Shown here: one piece after another, positions 35,828 to 44,027 of the stretch
How positions within the stretch are numbered: position 1 is the first letter of the stretch
How the letters are laid out: the number at the start of each line of letters is the position of its first letter
Assembly: GCA_031549365.1 (NCBI GenBank)
Contig: JAVBPX010000004.1
Span: 21,233 to 85,232 of the forward strand
Direction: 5' to 3'
Origin: Alphaproteobacteria bacterium
GTDB lineage: Bacteria; Pseudomonadota; Alphaproteobacteria; Rs-D84
DNA: 64,000 bases
Position numbers and translations under genes: made by a program
The notes under the pieces: model-generated
What the model saw: the letters and a program-made list of their open reading frames with translations, nothing else
Told to the model about the DNA's origin: nothing
Database searches by the model: none

Positions 35828-36466
35828 ATGTCTAATAAAATTAATCTGACCGTCGGAATTCGTGAACGTGTTGGCAAGGGGGCCGCACGAGCATCCCGTC
35901 GTGATAAAAAAATCCCTGGCGTTATTTATGGTAACAAAAAAGAACCAGTTGCAATTGAAATCAATGCACACGAATGGTCGCAATTGATCAAACAACCGGG
36001 ATTATACACCAAAGAATTCGATATTAAAACACCAAATGGCGCCGAAGTTGCCATGTTGGCAGACATCCAATATCACCCTGTAACTGATGTACCAACACAC
36101 GTTGATTTCACACGTATTGATATTAACAAGGAAGTATTGGTCGACATTCCATTGACATTGATTAACGAAGAAATCGCCCCAGGCGTCAAAGCCGGCGGCG
36201 TATTGAATTTCGTTATGCGCGAAGTTACAATTTCCGCAAAAATCGCAAAAGTTCCTGCATCCATTGAAATCGATGTTGCAAATATGAACATTGGCGACGT
36301 TATTCACGGATCTGACTTGAAATTGCCATCGGGCGTTTCATTGGCCAACAACATGGCTGACGAAGCATTCGTTGCAATCACAGGCCAAGCCGAAGAAAAA
36401 GAAGAAGCCGCAGTTGCTGCAGACGCAGTCCCAGCAACCAAGGCCAAAGAAGAAGCAAAAAAATAA
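35828..36466 (+). CDS. rplY: 50S ribosomal protein L25 (Ctc form)
   Basis: 212 aa with RERVGKGAARASRRDKKIPGVIYG, HPVTDVPTHVDF and an Ala/Glu/Lys tail. Confidence 0.9.
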   Translation: MSNKINLTVGIRERVGKGAARASRRDKKIPGVIYGNKKEPVAIEINAHEWSQLIKQPGLYTKEFDIKTPNGAEVAMLADIQYHPVTDVPTHVDFTRIDINKEVLVDIPLTLINEEIAPGVKAGGVLNFVMREVTISAKIAKVPASIEIDVANMNIGDVIHGSDLKLPSGVSLANNMADEAFVAITGQAEEKEEAAVAADAVPATKAKEEAKK

Positions 36467-36488
36467 TTGCCACTTCGCTTCAATCAAC

Positions 36489-36513
36489 AAGCCCTGCACG
36501 TGCAGGGCTTTTT
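36489..36513 (+). terminator. Rho-independent terminator after rplY
   Basis: AGCCCTGCAC/GTGCAGGGCT palindrome followed by T5. Confidence 0.8.
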
Positions 36514-36520
36514 AATGTAA

Positions 36521-36550
36521 TAATAAATCCCCCGGCTGGACCGGGGGGAT
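36521..36550 (-). terminator. Terminator-like hairpin after the MotB-like gene
   Basis: ATCCCCCGG-CTGGA-CCGGGGGGAT, followed on the minus strand by TTTATTATT. Confidence 0.5.
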
Positions 36551-36573
36551 GGCTTTTCGACAACATATTTTAA

Positions 36574-37671
36574 TCATGGATTGGTAAGCCTAAATTCAAT
36601 CCTACGATTTTGCCTTAAAGACATTTCATCATTACCGGATGATATCGGATACATTTCACCAAAACCTGATGGGATTAAGCGACTCTTGTCCACGCCCTGA
36701 CTCTGCAAAAATTTTGTAACAGACATTGCGCGCGCCAATGACAATTCACGATTATTCTTAAATGATTTTGTGCCGGGTTTGACAGGCTTAATATCGGTAT
36801 GCCCATCAACACGAATAATCCATGGCGTACCGGCCGGAATTTTGATTTCCATTGTGCGGATAACATTCGCAATTTTAATCAATTGTGTGCGCCCTACTGG
36901 CTCTAATTCCGCAGATCCGGACGCAAACAAAATTTCGGTCGGCAAAACAAATCTATCATCAGATATATCAATTCCGTCCATTCCGCCCAATGACATTTTC
37001 ATAGCTTTGAAAAATTCGGATTGATATTCCATATATTCAGCCATTTTATTTGCCAGCGCACGATTTAATCGCGTTGACATTTCAACGAATTGAACTTCTT
37101 GTTCGCGGGCGCGTTCATCGGATTCGGCCAACGCAGCATTTAATTTTGCCAATTCATCTGTTAAAATTCTTTTTTGTTCTTCGCGGTCACGTAATGCCGC
37201 ATCCGATTCCATAATCTTGCCTTCCAATCCCATAACCAAATTATTTAAATCGGCCTCACTCATTTCCAAATCCTGGACCTGTTGTTGATAACGAACTATA
37301 TCAGCACGGGTTTGATCACGTTCCATTTGCATCTGTTCCATCGCCATACGAATTTGTTCCAACTCGGACCGCAATTGTTCGCGCTCTAAATCTAATTGTT
37401 GGGCTTGATGTTGAACCTGCATGATAACTTGTTGTGATTGCAATTCTCGTTCGGCCAAATTTTTCAATTCCAATTCTTGATCCGCACGGACTTGTTCCAA
37501 TTCGGCAACTTTTGCCTTGGTATTTTCACGGGCCGGGCCAGAAAACACATTAGTCATTGTATACAAAAAGATAAATACAATTAATAAAAATATTAAAATA
37601 ATAACCAAATTTGAAAACAGATCAACAAATGCAGGCCATGCGTTTTCACGTTCTTTGCTTCTTTTGAACAT
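36574..37671 (-). CDS. MotB-like stator subunit: TM helix with conserved Asp, about 160-aa coiled coil, OmpA-type peptidoglycan-binding domain
   Basis: 365 aa with N-terminal NAWPAFVDLFSNLVIILIFLL (MotB/ZorB-like plug and TM with Asp) and a Gln/Glu-rich heptad region at aa 50-215. The C-terminal OmpA_C-like domain reads FASGSAELEPVGRTQL ... VDGHTD ... NRELSLARA ... NRRIEFRL. Confidence 0.8.
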   Translation of the reverse strand: MFKRSKERENAWPAFVDLFSNLVIILIFLLIVFIFLYTMTNVFSGPARENTKAKVAELEQVRADQELELKNLAERELQSQQVIMQVQHQAQQLDLEREQLRSELEQIRMAMEQMQMERDQTRADIVRYQQQVQDLEMSEADLNNLVMGLEGKIMESDAALRDREEQKRILTDELAKLNAALAESDERAREQEVQFVEMSTRLNRALANKMAEYMEYQSEFFKAMKMSLGGMDGIDISDDRFVLPTEILFASGSAELEPVGRTQLIKIANVIRTMEIKIPAGTPWIIRVDGHTDIKPVKPGTKSFKNNRELSLARAMSVTKFLQSQGVDKSRLIPSGFGEMYPISSGNDEMSLRQNRRIEFRLTNP

Positions 37672-38878
37672 TTCCCCTCTCCTTGTTTAATATAACAACC
37701 TTTTTTGGACGTCCCACCTTGCGCACCAATTTTGGTTCAGCTTTCACCAATCTTGGACGCCCAACAGGACGAACAGCAACTGGCTCTGATTTAACAGATT
37801 TCAAACGAACCGCTGCCGCCGATTTAATCGGCAACGCGGCGGTCATATTATCCATCGATTTTCCCATTTGCATCATAGCATCCGCCATCATTTTATTCTG
37901 TGCCTGGGTTTCATGAATTAACTTTTCCAATACTGGTTTTAATTCAAAATAACCGACAGCCAGTTTTTGCAAATCTAATGTTTTCTCTTGCGTAGAGGCT
38001 GCCAGAGCAGTTACTCCCGACGCCATAGAAGAAACCTTCCTCATAGTATCCATAGATGTTTTTTCAGCACCGCCCAGCGATTTTTCTAGCATTTGAACAG
38101 ATCCCGATAATTCATCCAACACCGATTGAATATATGTTAAAACAGTTTCTTCGCCACGTGCAGCAACGCCCAAATATCCAAACAATTTTGTTTGATCGGC
38201 CAATTGTTCTTCCAGTTCACGATAAACAACATTTTGCGCCAGCGATGCCTGTAATGCCAAAAACCCAACTATCAATGATCCAGACAATCCCAAAAACGAC
38301 GAACTAAACGCAGTACCCATGCCGGACAACGGGGCGAGCAACGTTTCTCGCATTGCATCAAACACAGCCGACGGATCGGAATCCGCACCCAAAGTCATCG
38401 ATGCCAAAATATCCGAAAATGATTGAATCGTATGTAACAATCCCCAAAAAGTCCCCAACAATCCCAAAAAAATTAAAACATTTGTAATGTATCGAACTTG
38501 TTCACGCTGATCTTCGAAACGATCCATAATCATACTCAAAAAAGATTGCAAAGTTTGTGATGAAATGTACGGTTTGTTTTGCTGACGTACCGACACCAAC
38601 ATTTTTGCCACAGGCTTTAATACATACGGAGGCAATTCCGCATCACGTTTTTTATCCACAAAAAAACGTTTCATCCAACGATATTCAGGCAATAATTGAA
38701 ACACATGAACAAAACATAAAATTGTTCCAAACAAAAAGCACCCTAAAATTATTCCATTTAACCATGGGGCTGTCGCACAAATCCTAATAAATTCATCAAA
38801 AAACATAATGATCCCGATTGCAATCAAAGCAATAAAAATAACCATTCTGTTTAATATCCTGTGGAAACGGCTGTTCAT
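37646..38878 (-). CDS. MotA/TolQ/ExbB-family proton-channel protein with about 200-aa C-terminal helical tail ending in two GRP (AT-hook-like) repeats
   Basis: 410 aa with four TM helices and channel motifs LIFLGLLGTFWGLLHTI and LSGMGTAFSSSFLGLSGSLIVGFLAL. The tail ends VAVRPVGRPRLVKAEPKLVRKVGRPKKVV. There is a 26-nt overlap with the MotB-like gene. Confidence 0.8.
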   Translation of the reverse strand: MNSRFHRILNRMVIFIALIAIGIIMFFDEFIRICATAPWLNGIILGCFLFGTILCFVHVFQLLPEYRWMKRFFVDKKRDAELPPYVLKPVAKMLVSVRQQNKPYISSQTLQSFLSMIMDRFEDQREQVRYITNVLIFLGLLGTFWGLLHTIQSFSDILASMTLGADSDPSAVFDAMRETLLAPLSGMGTAFSSSFLGLSGSLIVGFLALQASLAQNVVYRELEEQLADQTKLFGYLGVAARGEETVLTYIQSVLDELSGSVQMLEKSLGGAEKTSMDTMRKVSSMASGVTALAASTQEKTLDLQKLAVGYFELKPVLEKLIHETQAQNKMMADAMMQMGKSMDNMTAALPIKSAAAVRLKSVKSEPVAVRPVGRPRLVKAEPKLVRKVGRPKKVVILNKERGNVQKKQRT

Positions 38879-39010
38879 GTAAAAATCCCTCTGTTATCAA
38901 CAAAGGAATTCTAGCAAAATTCATAAAATCCTGTCAACACTGAAATAGCATTAAAAAAATATGATTATTTTCCTTGATTTTAAAATACTGTAATCTAGAA
39001 TTCCATCGCT

Positions 39011-40885
39011 ATGAGAAAAATCCTATATATCATATCCACAATATTCTTTTTCGGCCCCGCATTTGGGGCACCAACCTTAATCCAAAGCAATTATATTATT
39101 TCAGGCGATCAAACATTTACAACTGACCTAGAAAACCAAGGCACAGTAAATGCAATCATCACAATGAACGGAAATAATTTAACATTTGAAAATTCCGGAA
39201 AATTCACACAAAACGGCTATTTAAACATCGCACAAAATTCAGTCATAAATTTATATAATTATGACACTATACTTAATCCTGTTTTAATATCCGAAAACGC
39301 TGTGTTAAATTGGTTTACATCAAGCAATCATCAATTAAAAAATGTATTCACTACCCGTCAAACCAATGCCAAACTAAATATATATGTTGAATCCAATGAA
39401 TACACCATTATCCCGAACAACATATCAAACCCAGATCAAATCAACATTAAAAACACAACCTTTGAAAACCACTTGAACAACACAACTATAAATATTACAG
39501 ATTCTGTGTTCAATATTTTAAATACAAATATAATCGATAAATTAAACACATCTGGCCAAAATCTTATTAACTTTTATATCAACAATGATAATGCGTCCAA
39601 ATTATATGCAAAAAATCTGAATTTTAATGGAATAGTTGCGCTGGCGTTAAATTTTGATAATTCAATTACATTAAATGGGCCAACAACACTGACTTTGATT
39701 GAATCTGAAAACGAAAGGGTTGACGACATATTAACATTTGCATCAAACATTCCATCCGCCTTTCGCGCCAATTTTGCCTCCAACACCCATATCATTAACG
39801 TTACCATATCCCGCGAAACAGATTATGAAAAAATCATGGGCACAAATAATCCAATTGCAAAATCATTAAATTTAATCCGATCATATGATCCAAACAATAC
39901 ATCTCTGGGCCAATTGGATAATATTTATAATTTGAACCAACTGTATTCAGAATTAAATTCGTTTTCAAAGTTCAATCCAAACATTTTTGGAAATATTTTA
40001 AACATCTGGGCAACAGGATTAATCAACGAACAAATAACAAAATTAAATACCGAAAAATTAAAACCGACTACTGATTCTTTTTATAATGATCACACATCTG
40101 GCATATGGTTAACGGCCCATGGAATCATTACAGACGGCGCCTATTTTGATTCAACAATTTACGGAATTTCAATGGGTTATAACAAATATTTGAATCAAAA
40201 TAACACCTTGGGATTTTCGGTTTCTTATGGATATACAGACATTAATGGCGCCCTATATAATGCCACTGGAAATATGTATAACACACAAATTTATTACCAA
40301 CTTTATTTAAATAAATTCACCATGGATTTAATCTCGGGATACGCATATTCAGAATATGATGCATACAGGGAAACCCCTCTTGAATATATAAAATCCAAAC
40401 CAACCGCATCCGAAATTTACGGTGTCGGGCAGATACGATATAACATATTTGATAATAAAAATTGGTCCGTCGAGCCCCTGGCTCAAATATCCATGTCGCA
40501 AATTACAATGAAAAATTTGTCGGAATCAAATTCATTGTTTGGGATAACATCCGACAATATCACACAATCTGGAATAATGGCGTCCGGCGGAATTAACATA
40601 ACAAACAAAAACTATGTCGAATCCATGTATACAGTTTTTAATGCTTTTATTTTGACAGGAACGCCAATCATGACATCCGACAATAATCCATCCGCGTCTA
40701 TTGATACAATGGAAATAGCAATCAATCCAACGAAAACATTTACCACCAACCTACAAATCGGTTTATCCGGAACATTTACAACATATTTGGAAAACTTGTC
40801 ATTGGAACCCAGCTATGTATTTTACATCGATGATAATAAAACCACCGCACACATATTCCGAATTTCATTTAAAACTTTATTTTGA
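39011..40885 (+). CDS. Autotransporter (type Va) outer-membrane protein
   Basis: 624 aa with signal peptide MRKILYIISTIFFFGPAFGA and an Asn/Thr/Ile-rich passenger. The C-terminal about 270-aa beta-barrel-like region (GIWLTAHG ... GISMGYNKY ... GFSVSYGY) ends FRISFKTLF. Confidence 0.75.
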   Translation: MRKILYIISTIFFFGPAFGAPTLIQSNYIISGDQTFTTDLENQGTVNAIITMNGNNLTFENSGKFTQNGYLNIAQNSVINLYNYDTILNPVLISENAVLNWFTSSNHQLKNVFTTRQTNAKLNIYVESNEYTIIPNNISNPDQINIKNTTFENHLNNTTINITDSVFNILNTNIIDKLNTSGQNLINFYINNDNASKLYAKNLNFNGIVALALNFDNSITLNGPTTLTLIESENERVDDILTFASNIPSAFRANFASNTHIINVTISRETDYEKIMGTNNPIAKSLNLIRSYDPNNTSLGQLDNIYNLNQLYSELNSFSKFNPNIFGNILNIWATGLINEQITKLNTEKLKPTTDSFYNDHTSGIWLTAHGIITDGAYFDSTIYGISMGYNKYLNQNNTLGFSVSYGYTDINGALYNATGNMYNTQIYYQLYLNKFTMDLISGYAYSEYDAYRETPLEYIKSKPTASEIYGVGQIRYNIFDNKNWSVEPLAQISMSQITMKNLSESNSLFGITSDNITQSGIMASGGINITNKNYVESMYTVFNAFILTGTPIMTSDNNPSASIDTMEIAINPTKTFTTNLQIGLSGTFTTYLENLSLEPSYVFYIDDNKTTAHIFRISFKTLF

Positions 40886-41521
40886 TTCCATAAATTGCGA
40901 CAACCAAGCATCCGCAGCTTCGCGCATAGCATTCTTTTTAGAAGATCCAATCGCAGTAGCAGATTTATCCAATGCCGTAACCGTTACTACAAATTCAGGT
41001 TCATGCGCAGGCCCAGAAACCGTATCAACCCTGTACTTTGGCAAATCAACGGTAAAACTCTGAACATATTCTTGCAACATTGTTTTTGGGTCTTTTGGCA
41101 ATTCAATACTTTCAACAACCATATCTTGAAACAAATTAACAATGACTTTGTTCGCAACATCAGCGCCTGCTTCTATATAAATAGCGGCAAATATTGCCTC
41201 CATTGCATCCGCCATCACATTTGTCAAATCCCCAGTTGTCAAATGCGCGCGCTTTAAAACAGATTGCATGCCCAATTTATCAGCAACAATCGCCAAGGAT
41301 TTTGATGACACCAATGCAGCATGTCGTTGGGCCAAAAATCCCTCGTTTTCATCTGGAAATTTTTCATACAACAAATATGCAACCGTTAAACCCAAAACGC
41401 GATCGCCCAAAAACTCTAATCTTTCATTATTTTTGATTGCGGAATACCCGGATTGGGTCAATGCCTGATCCAGCAATGATTTATCCTTAAAAGTATATCC
41501 CAATTTTTTTTCAAATGTCAT
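40877..41521 (-). CDS. rnc: Ribonuclease III
   Basis: 214 aa from the Met of MTFEKKLGYTF. Signature NERLEFLGDRVLG plus a C-terminal dsRBD (GPAHEPEFVVTV ... GSSKKNAMREAA). Confidence 0.93.
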   Translation of the reverse strand: MTFEKKLGYTFKDKSLLDQALTQSGYSAIKNNERLEFLGDRVLGLTVAYLLYEKFPDENEGFLAQRHAALVSSKSLAIVADKLGMQSVLKRAHLTTGDLTNVMADAMEAIFAAIYIEAGADVANKVIVNLFQDMVVESIELPKDPKTMLQEYVQSFTVDLPKYRVDTVSGPAHEPEFVVTVTALDKSATAIGSSKKNAMREAADAWLSQFMESK

Positions 41522-42423
41522 TATTTTGCCGCCATAAAAAATCTTTCCCAACGAATTTTGCTAGGCCAATTCCAAGGCAATAACAATGACCCATAATAAT
41601 TATGCGAATAAAATATAAACCATACGCGCCCCAAAACATTATCACGCGACACAAATCCAACATTATCTATATCTCGGGAATCGCCTGATAAATCACGATC
41701 ATCCCCCATAAAGAAATAATGGCCATCCGGAACACGGTACAATGGCGTATTATCATAATAAGCATCATCCGCCAATTCTATGATTTCGTGTTTAATTCCA
41801 TTTGGCAATATTTCGATATATTTTTCAAAATGCAACACACCAAAACAAGCATTCGGAGTATTTACACAAACAGAATCATCTTTGTATTCAATTGTGTATG
41901 GATACTCAACATCCTTATTATTTTCATAAATTTTATTTCCACGAACAATCGTAATCATACCTGTATTTTTATCGACAATTTGAAAACCAACAGAACGTAA
42001 TTTTTGTGGAATCGCCGCAACAACATATTTTCCGACATGCTGACGCTCAACCATTTTACCATTAATATACAAACGACCAGATTTCATTTGAATTTCATCA
42101 TTCGGCATTCCAATCAAACGTTTGACATAATCTTCTTTGGCATTTGGTTTGCGAAACACAATTATATCGCCTTGTTTTGGCCCATCAATCTCAAAAAAAC
42201 GACCATCAAATAAATCCCAAGAACCAAACGGAAACGAATATCTGGAATAGCCGTAACTCCATTTTTTAACAAATAAATGATCTCCTACTTCCAGAGTTGG
42301 AATCATTGATCCGGACGGGATATGAAATGGCTCTAATAAAAAACTACGAAAAATAACTGCAATTATCGCGGCCCAAAAAAAAGTAGAAATCCAAGATTCT
42401 TTTGTTGCGTGTTTTTGTTTCAT
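41521..42423 (-). CDS. lepB: Signal peptidase I
   Basis: 300 aa from the Met of MKQKHATKE. Motifs IPSGSMIPTLEVGDHLFV, VKRLIGMPND and FFMGDDRDLSGDSR. Confidence 0.92.
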   Translation of the reverse strand: MKQKHATKESWISTFFWAAIIAVIFRSFLLEPFHIPSGSMIPTLEVGDHLFVKKWSYGYSRYSFPFGSWDLFDGRFFEIDGPKQGDIIVFRKPNAKEDYVKRLIGMPNDEIQMKSGRLYINGKMVERQHVGKYVVAAIPQKLRSVGFQIVDKNTGMITIVRGNKIYENNKDVEYPYTIEYKDDSVCVNTPNACFGVLHFEKYIEILPNGIKHEIIELADDAYYDNTPLYRVPDGHYFFMGDDRDLSGDSRDIDNVGFVSRDNVLGRVWFIFYSHNYYGSLLLPWNWPSKIRWERFFMAAK

Positions 42424-42477
42424 ATTGCCCCCTGGGTTTACCGGGAAAGCATACCAATTATATCCCAAAAAGCAAGG

Positions 42478-42846
42478 TTATTTTTCGATAATAACAGATG
42501 CGATTGCGTATTCGCCTTCGTCCGACAATGATAAATGCAACACCGCATTTGGAACACGTCCGTCCAATATATCCCGAGCCCCCCCAACAACGCGTAAAAC
42601 CGGCTGGCCAGATTTTAAATGATCGACAGAAACATCGGAAAATTTAATCTTGTCCGAAAACCCGGTTCCCAACGCTTTCAAAAAAGCCTCACGCGCGGCA
42701 AAATATTTGGCCAATCTGGCATCCGGATGCGAGTTTCCCGCAATTGACTTTAATTCATCCGGCGTAAAAATCCGCGACAATTTAAAATCCGACCAATCGG
42801 CAAAACGCGCAATTTCAACCAAATCAATACCAATACCAAATATCAT
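42478..42846 (-). CDS. acpS: Holo-[acyl-carrier-protein] synthase
   Basis: 122 aa with MIFGIGIDLVEIARF ... FAAREAFLKALG. Confidence 0.9.
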   Translation of the reverse strand: MIFGIGIDLVEIARFADWSDFKLSRIFTPDELKSIAGNSHPDARLAKYFAAREAFLKALGTGFSDKIKFSDVSVDHLKSGQPVLRVVGGARDILDGRVPNAVLHLSLSDEGEYAIASVIIEK

Positions 42847-42947
42847 TTTAAACCCCGCTAAAATTTAATAACGAAATTATTACAATATATAAATTAAAAA
42901 TCAATATAAAGAAAACACACTAGCTTTATGCAAAAGGATAAAAACAC

Positions 42948-43090
42948 AGCAAAACGAGTCATATAGACGTTTTTTAAAATCCAAAAGGCGAGTATATAGA
43001 CATACAAAACCGAGGATTTTGAAAAAGAAAACGGCCTACACCGGGTCCCAAACAAATTATTTGTTTGGGTGGTATTATGGCCGTTTTCAT
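42948..43090 (+). repeat. Palindromic element, copy PE-4 (long variant)
   Basis: Ends AGCAAAACG ... CCGTTTTCAT. Inner stem GACGTTTTTTAAAATCC / GGATTTTGAAAAAGAAAACGGCC. Apex GGCGAGTAT-ATAGAC-ATACAAAACC. Extra hairpin module CCCAAACAAAT-TAT-TTGTTTGGG. It ends 6 nt before the stop of the DsbA-like gene. Confidence 0.75.
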
Positions 43091-43096
43091 ATGTTT

Positions 43097-43948
43097 TTAC
43101 ATACTACGTAACACTGATTTAATCTGATCATACGATATCGCACCTGGGAAAGATTGTTCCCCAATAATCAAATATGGTGTTCCGCTGATGCCAAATGTCT
43201 GGGCCAATGAACGAACTTGTTCGAATTCAGCTTGAACTTCTGGCGCTGTATCCATATCACGACCCAATTTTTCAGTATCCAAGCCAGCTTTTTTTGCCAA
43301 TTCCATTACGTTTGCACGAACAGTTTTCGCAACAGCTTGTGGGTCTTGGTTCTTCATATCTTGTGGCCAGTATGGTTTTTCCATCAACAAACGATCCAAT
43401 TCAACTGCTTTGTCATTGCTTTGCAATTTCGCAGCAATCGTGGCCCTAGCAGCAGAATCAGACAAAGGACCATGGATTGAAAATTGTTTCAAAACAACAC
43501 GAACGTCTTTGTCTTCGTTTACTACGCGTTCCAATTCATGATGAACTTGTTGGCAGTAATGACAAGAATGAGCCGCAAACAAATAAATTGTTTTTTTGCC
43601 ATTGACGTTACCCATAATTGGAGCATTTTTCATCAATTCTGCTTGTTTATCAACAACGTATTTGCGGATTTCTTTGGATTGCATCATTGATTGACGCGCT
43701 TTCATGCTTTCAACCATTTCTTGCAACACTTCTGGATTTTGGCTTACCAAATATGAATGGGTCCCAAGTCCAGTACGATTAACACCCCAAACCAATAATA
43801 CAATAGAAGTCAGTTTAACAACTTTCTTCAATGAACACATGATTTTGGATGATTTTTCCTTTCTTTTCGAATCGTTATCGCGAGTCAACATACCGGCAGC
43901 GGCATATAAAACAACAGCAGCAACGATTATCAAAATTGTCCATAACAT
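43097..43948 (-). CDS. DsbA-family thiol:disulfide oxidoreductase (membrane anchored)
   Basis: 283 aa with an N-terminal TM helix and thioredoxin-fold active site CHYC (FAAHSCHYCQQVH). Confidence 0.8.
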   Translation of the reverse strand: MLWTILIIVAAVVLYAAAGMLTRDNDSKRKEKSSKIMCSLKKVVKLTSIVLLVWGVNRTGLGTHSYLVSQNPEVLQEMVESMKARQSMMQSKEIRKYVVDKQAELMKNAPIMGNVNGKKTIYLFAAHSCHYCQQVHHELERVVNEDKDVRVVLKQFSIHGPLSDSAARATIAAKLQSNDKAVELDRLLMEKPYWPQDMKNQDPQAVAKTVRANVMELAKKAGLDTEKLGRDMDTAPEVQAEFEQVRSLAQTFGISGTPYLIIGEQSFPGAISYDQIKSVLRSM

Positions 43949-44027
43949 CAGTTTTCTCCTTTCGTTAAGTGAACGACGAAATCATAGCGAAATATATACT
44001 GATAATCAAGCAAATTTTGTGTGATTT

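Noticed and set aside
36574-38878. Calling the MotA/MotB-like pair a Zorya anti-phage system
   Set aside because: No zorC/zorD (type I) or zorE (type II) like genes follow. The A subunit is much shorter than typical ZorA, and the neighbours are housekeeping genes. Reported instead as an uncharacterised stator-like module.
38905-39004. 10-bp inverted repeat GGAATTCTAG ... CTAGAATTCC, 80 bp apart, upstream of the autotransporter
   Set aside because: It is short, built from self-palindromic GAATTC/CTAG cores, and could easily arise by chance in AT-rich intergenic DNA. No further structure supports it.
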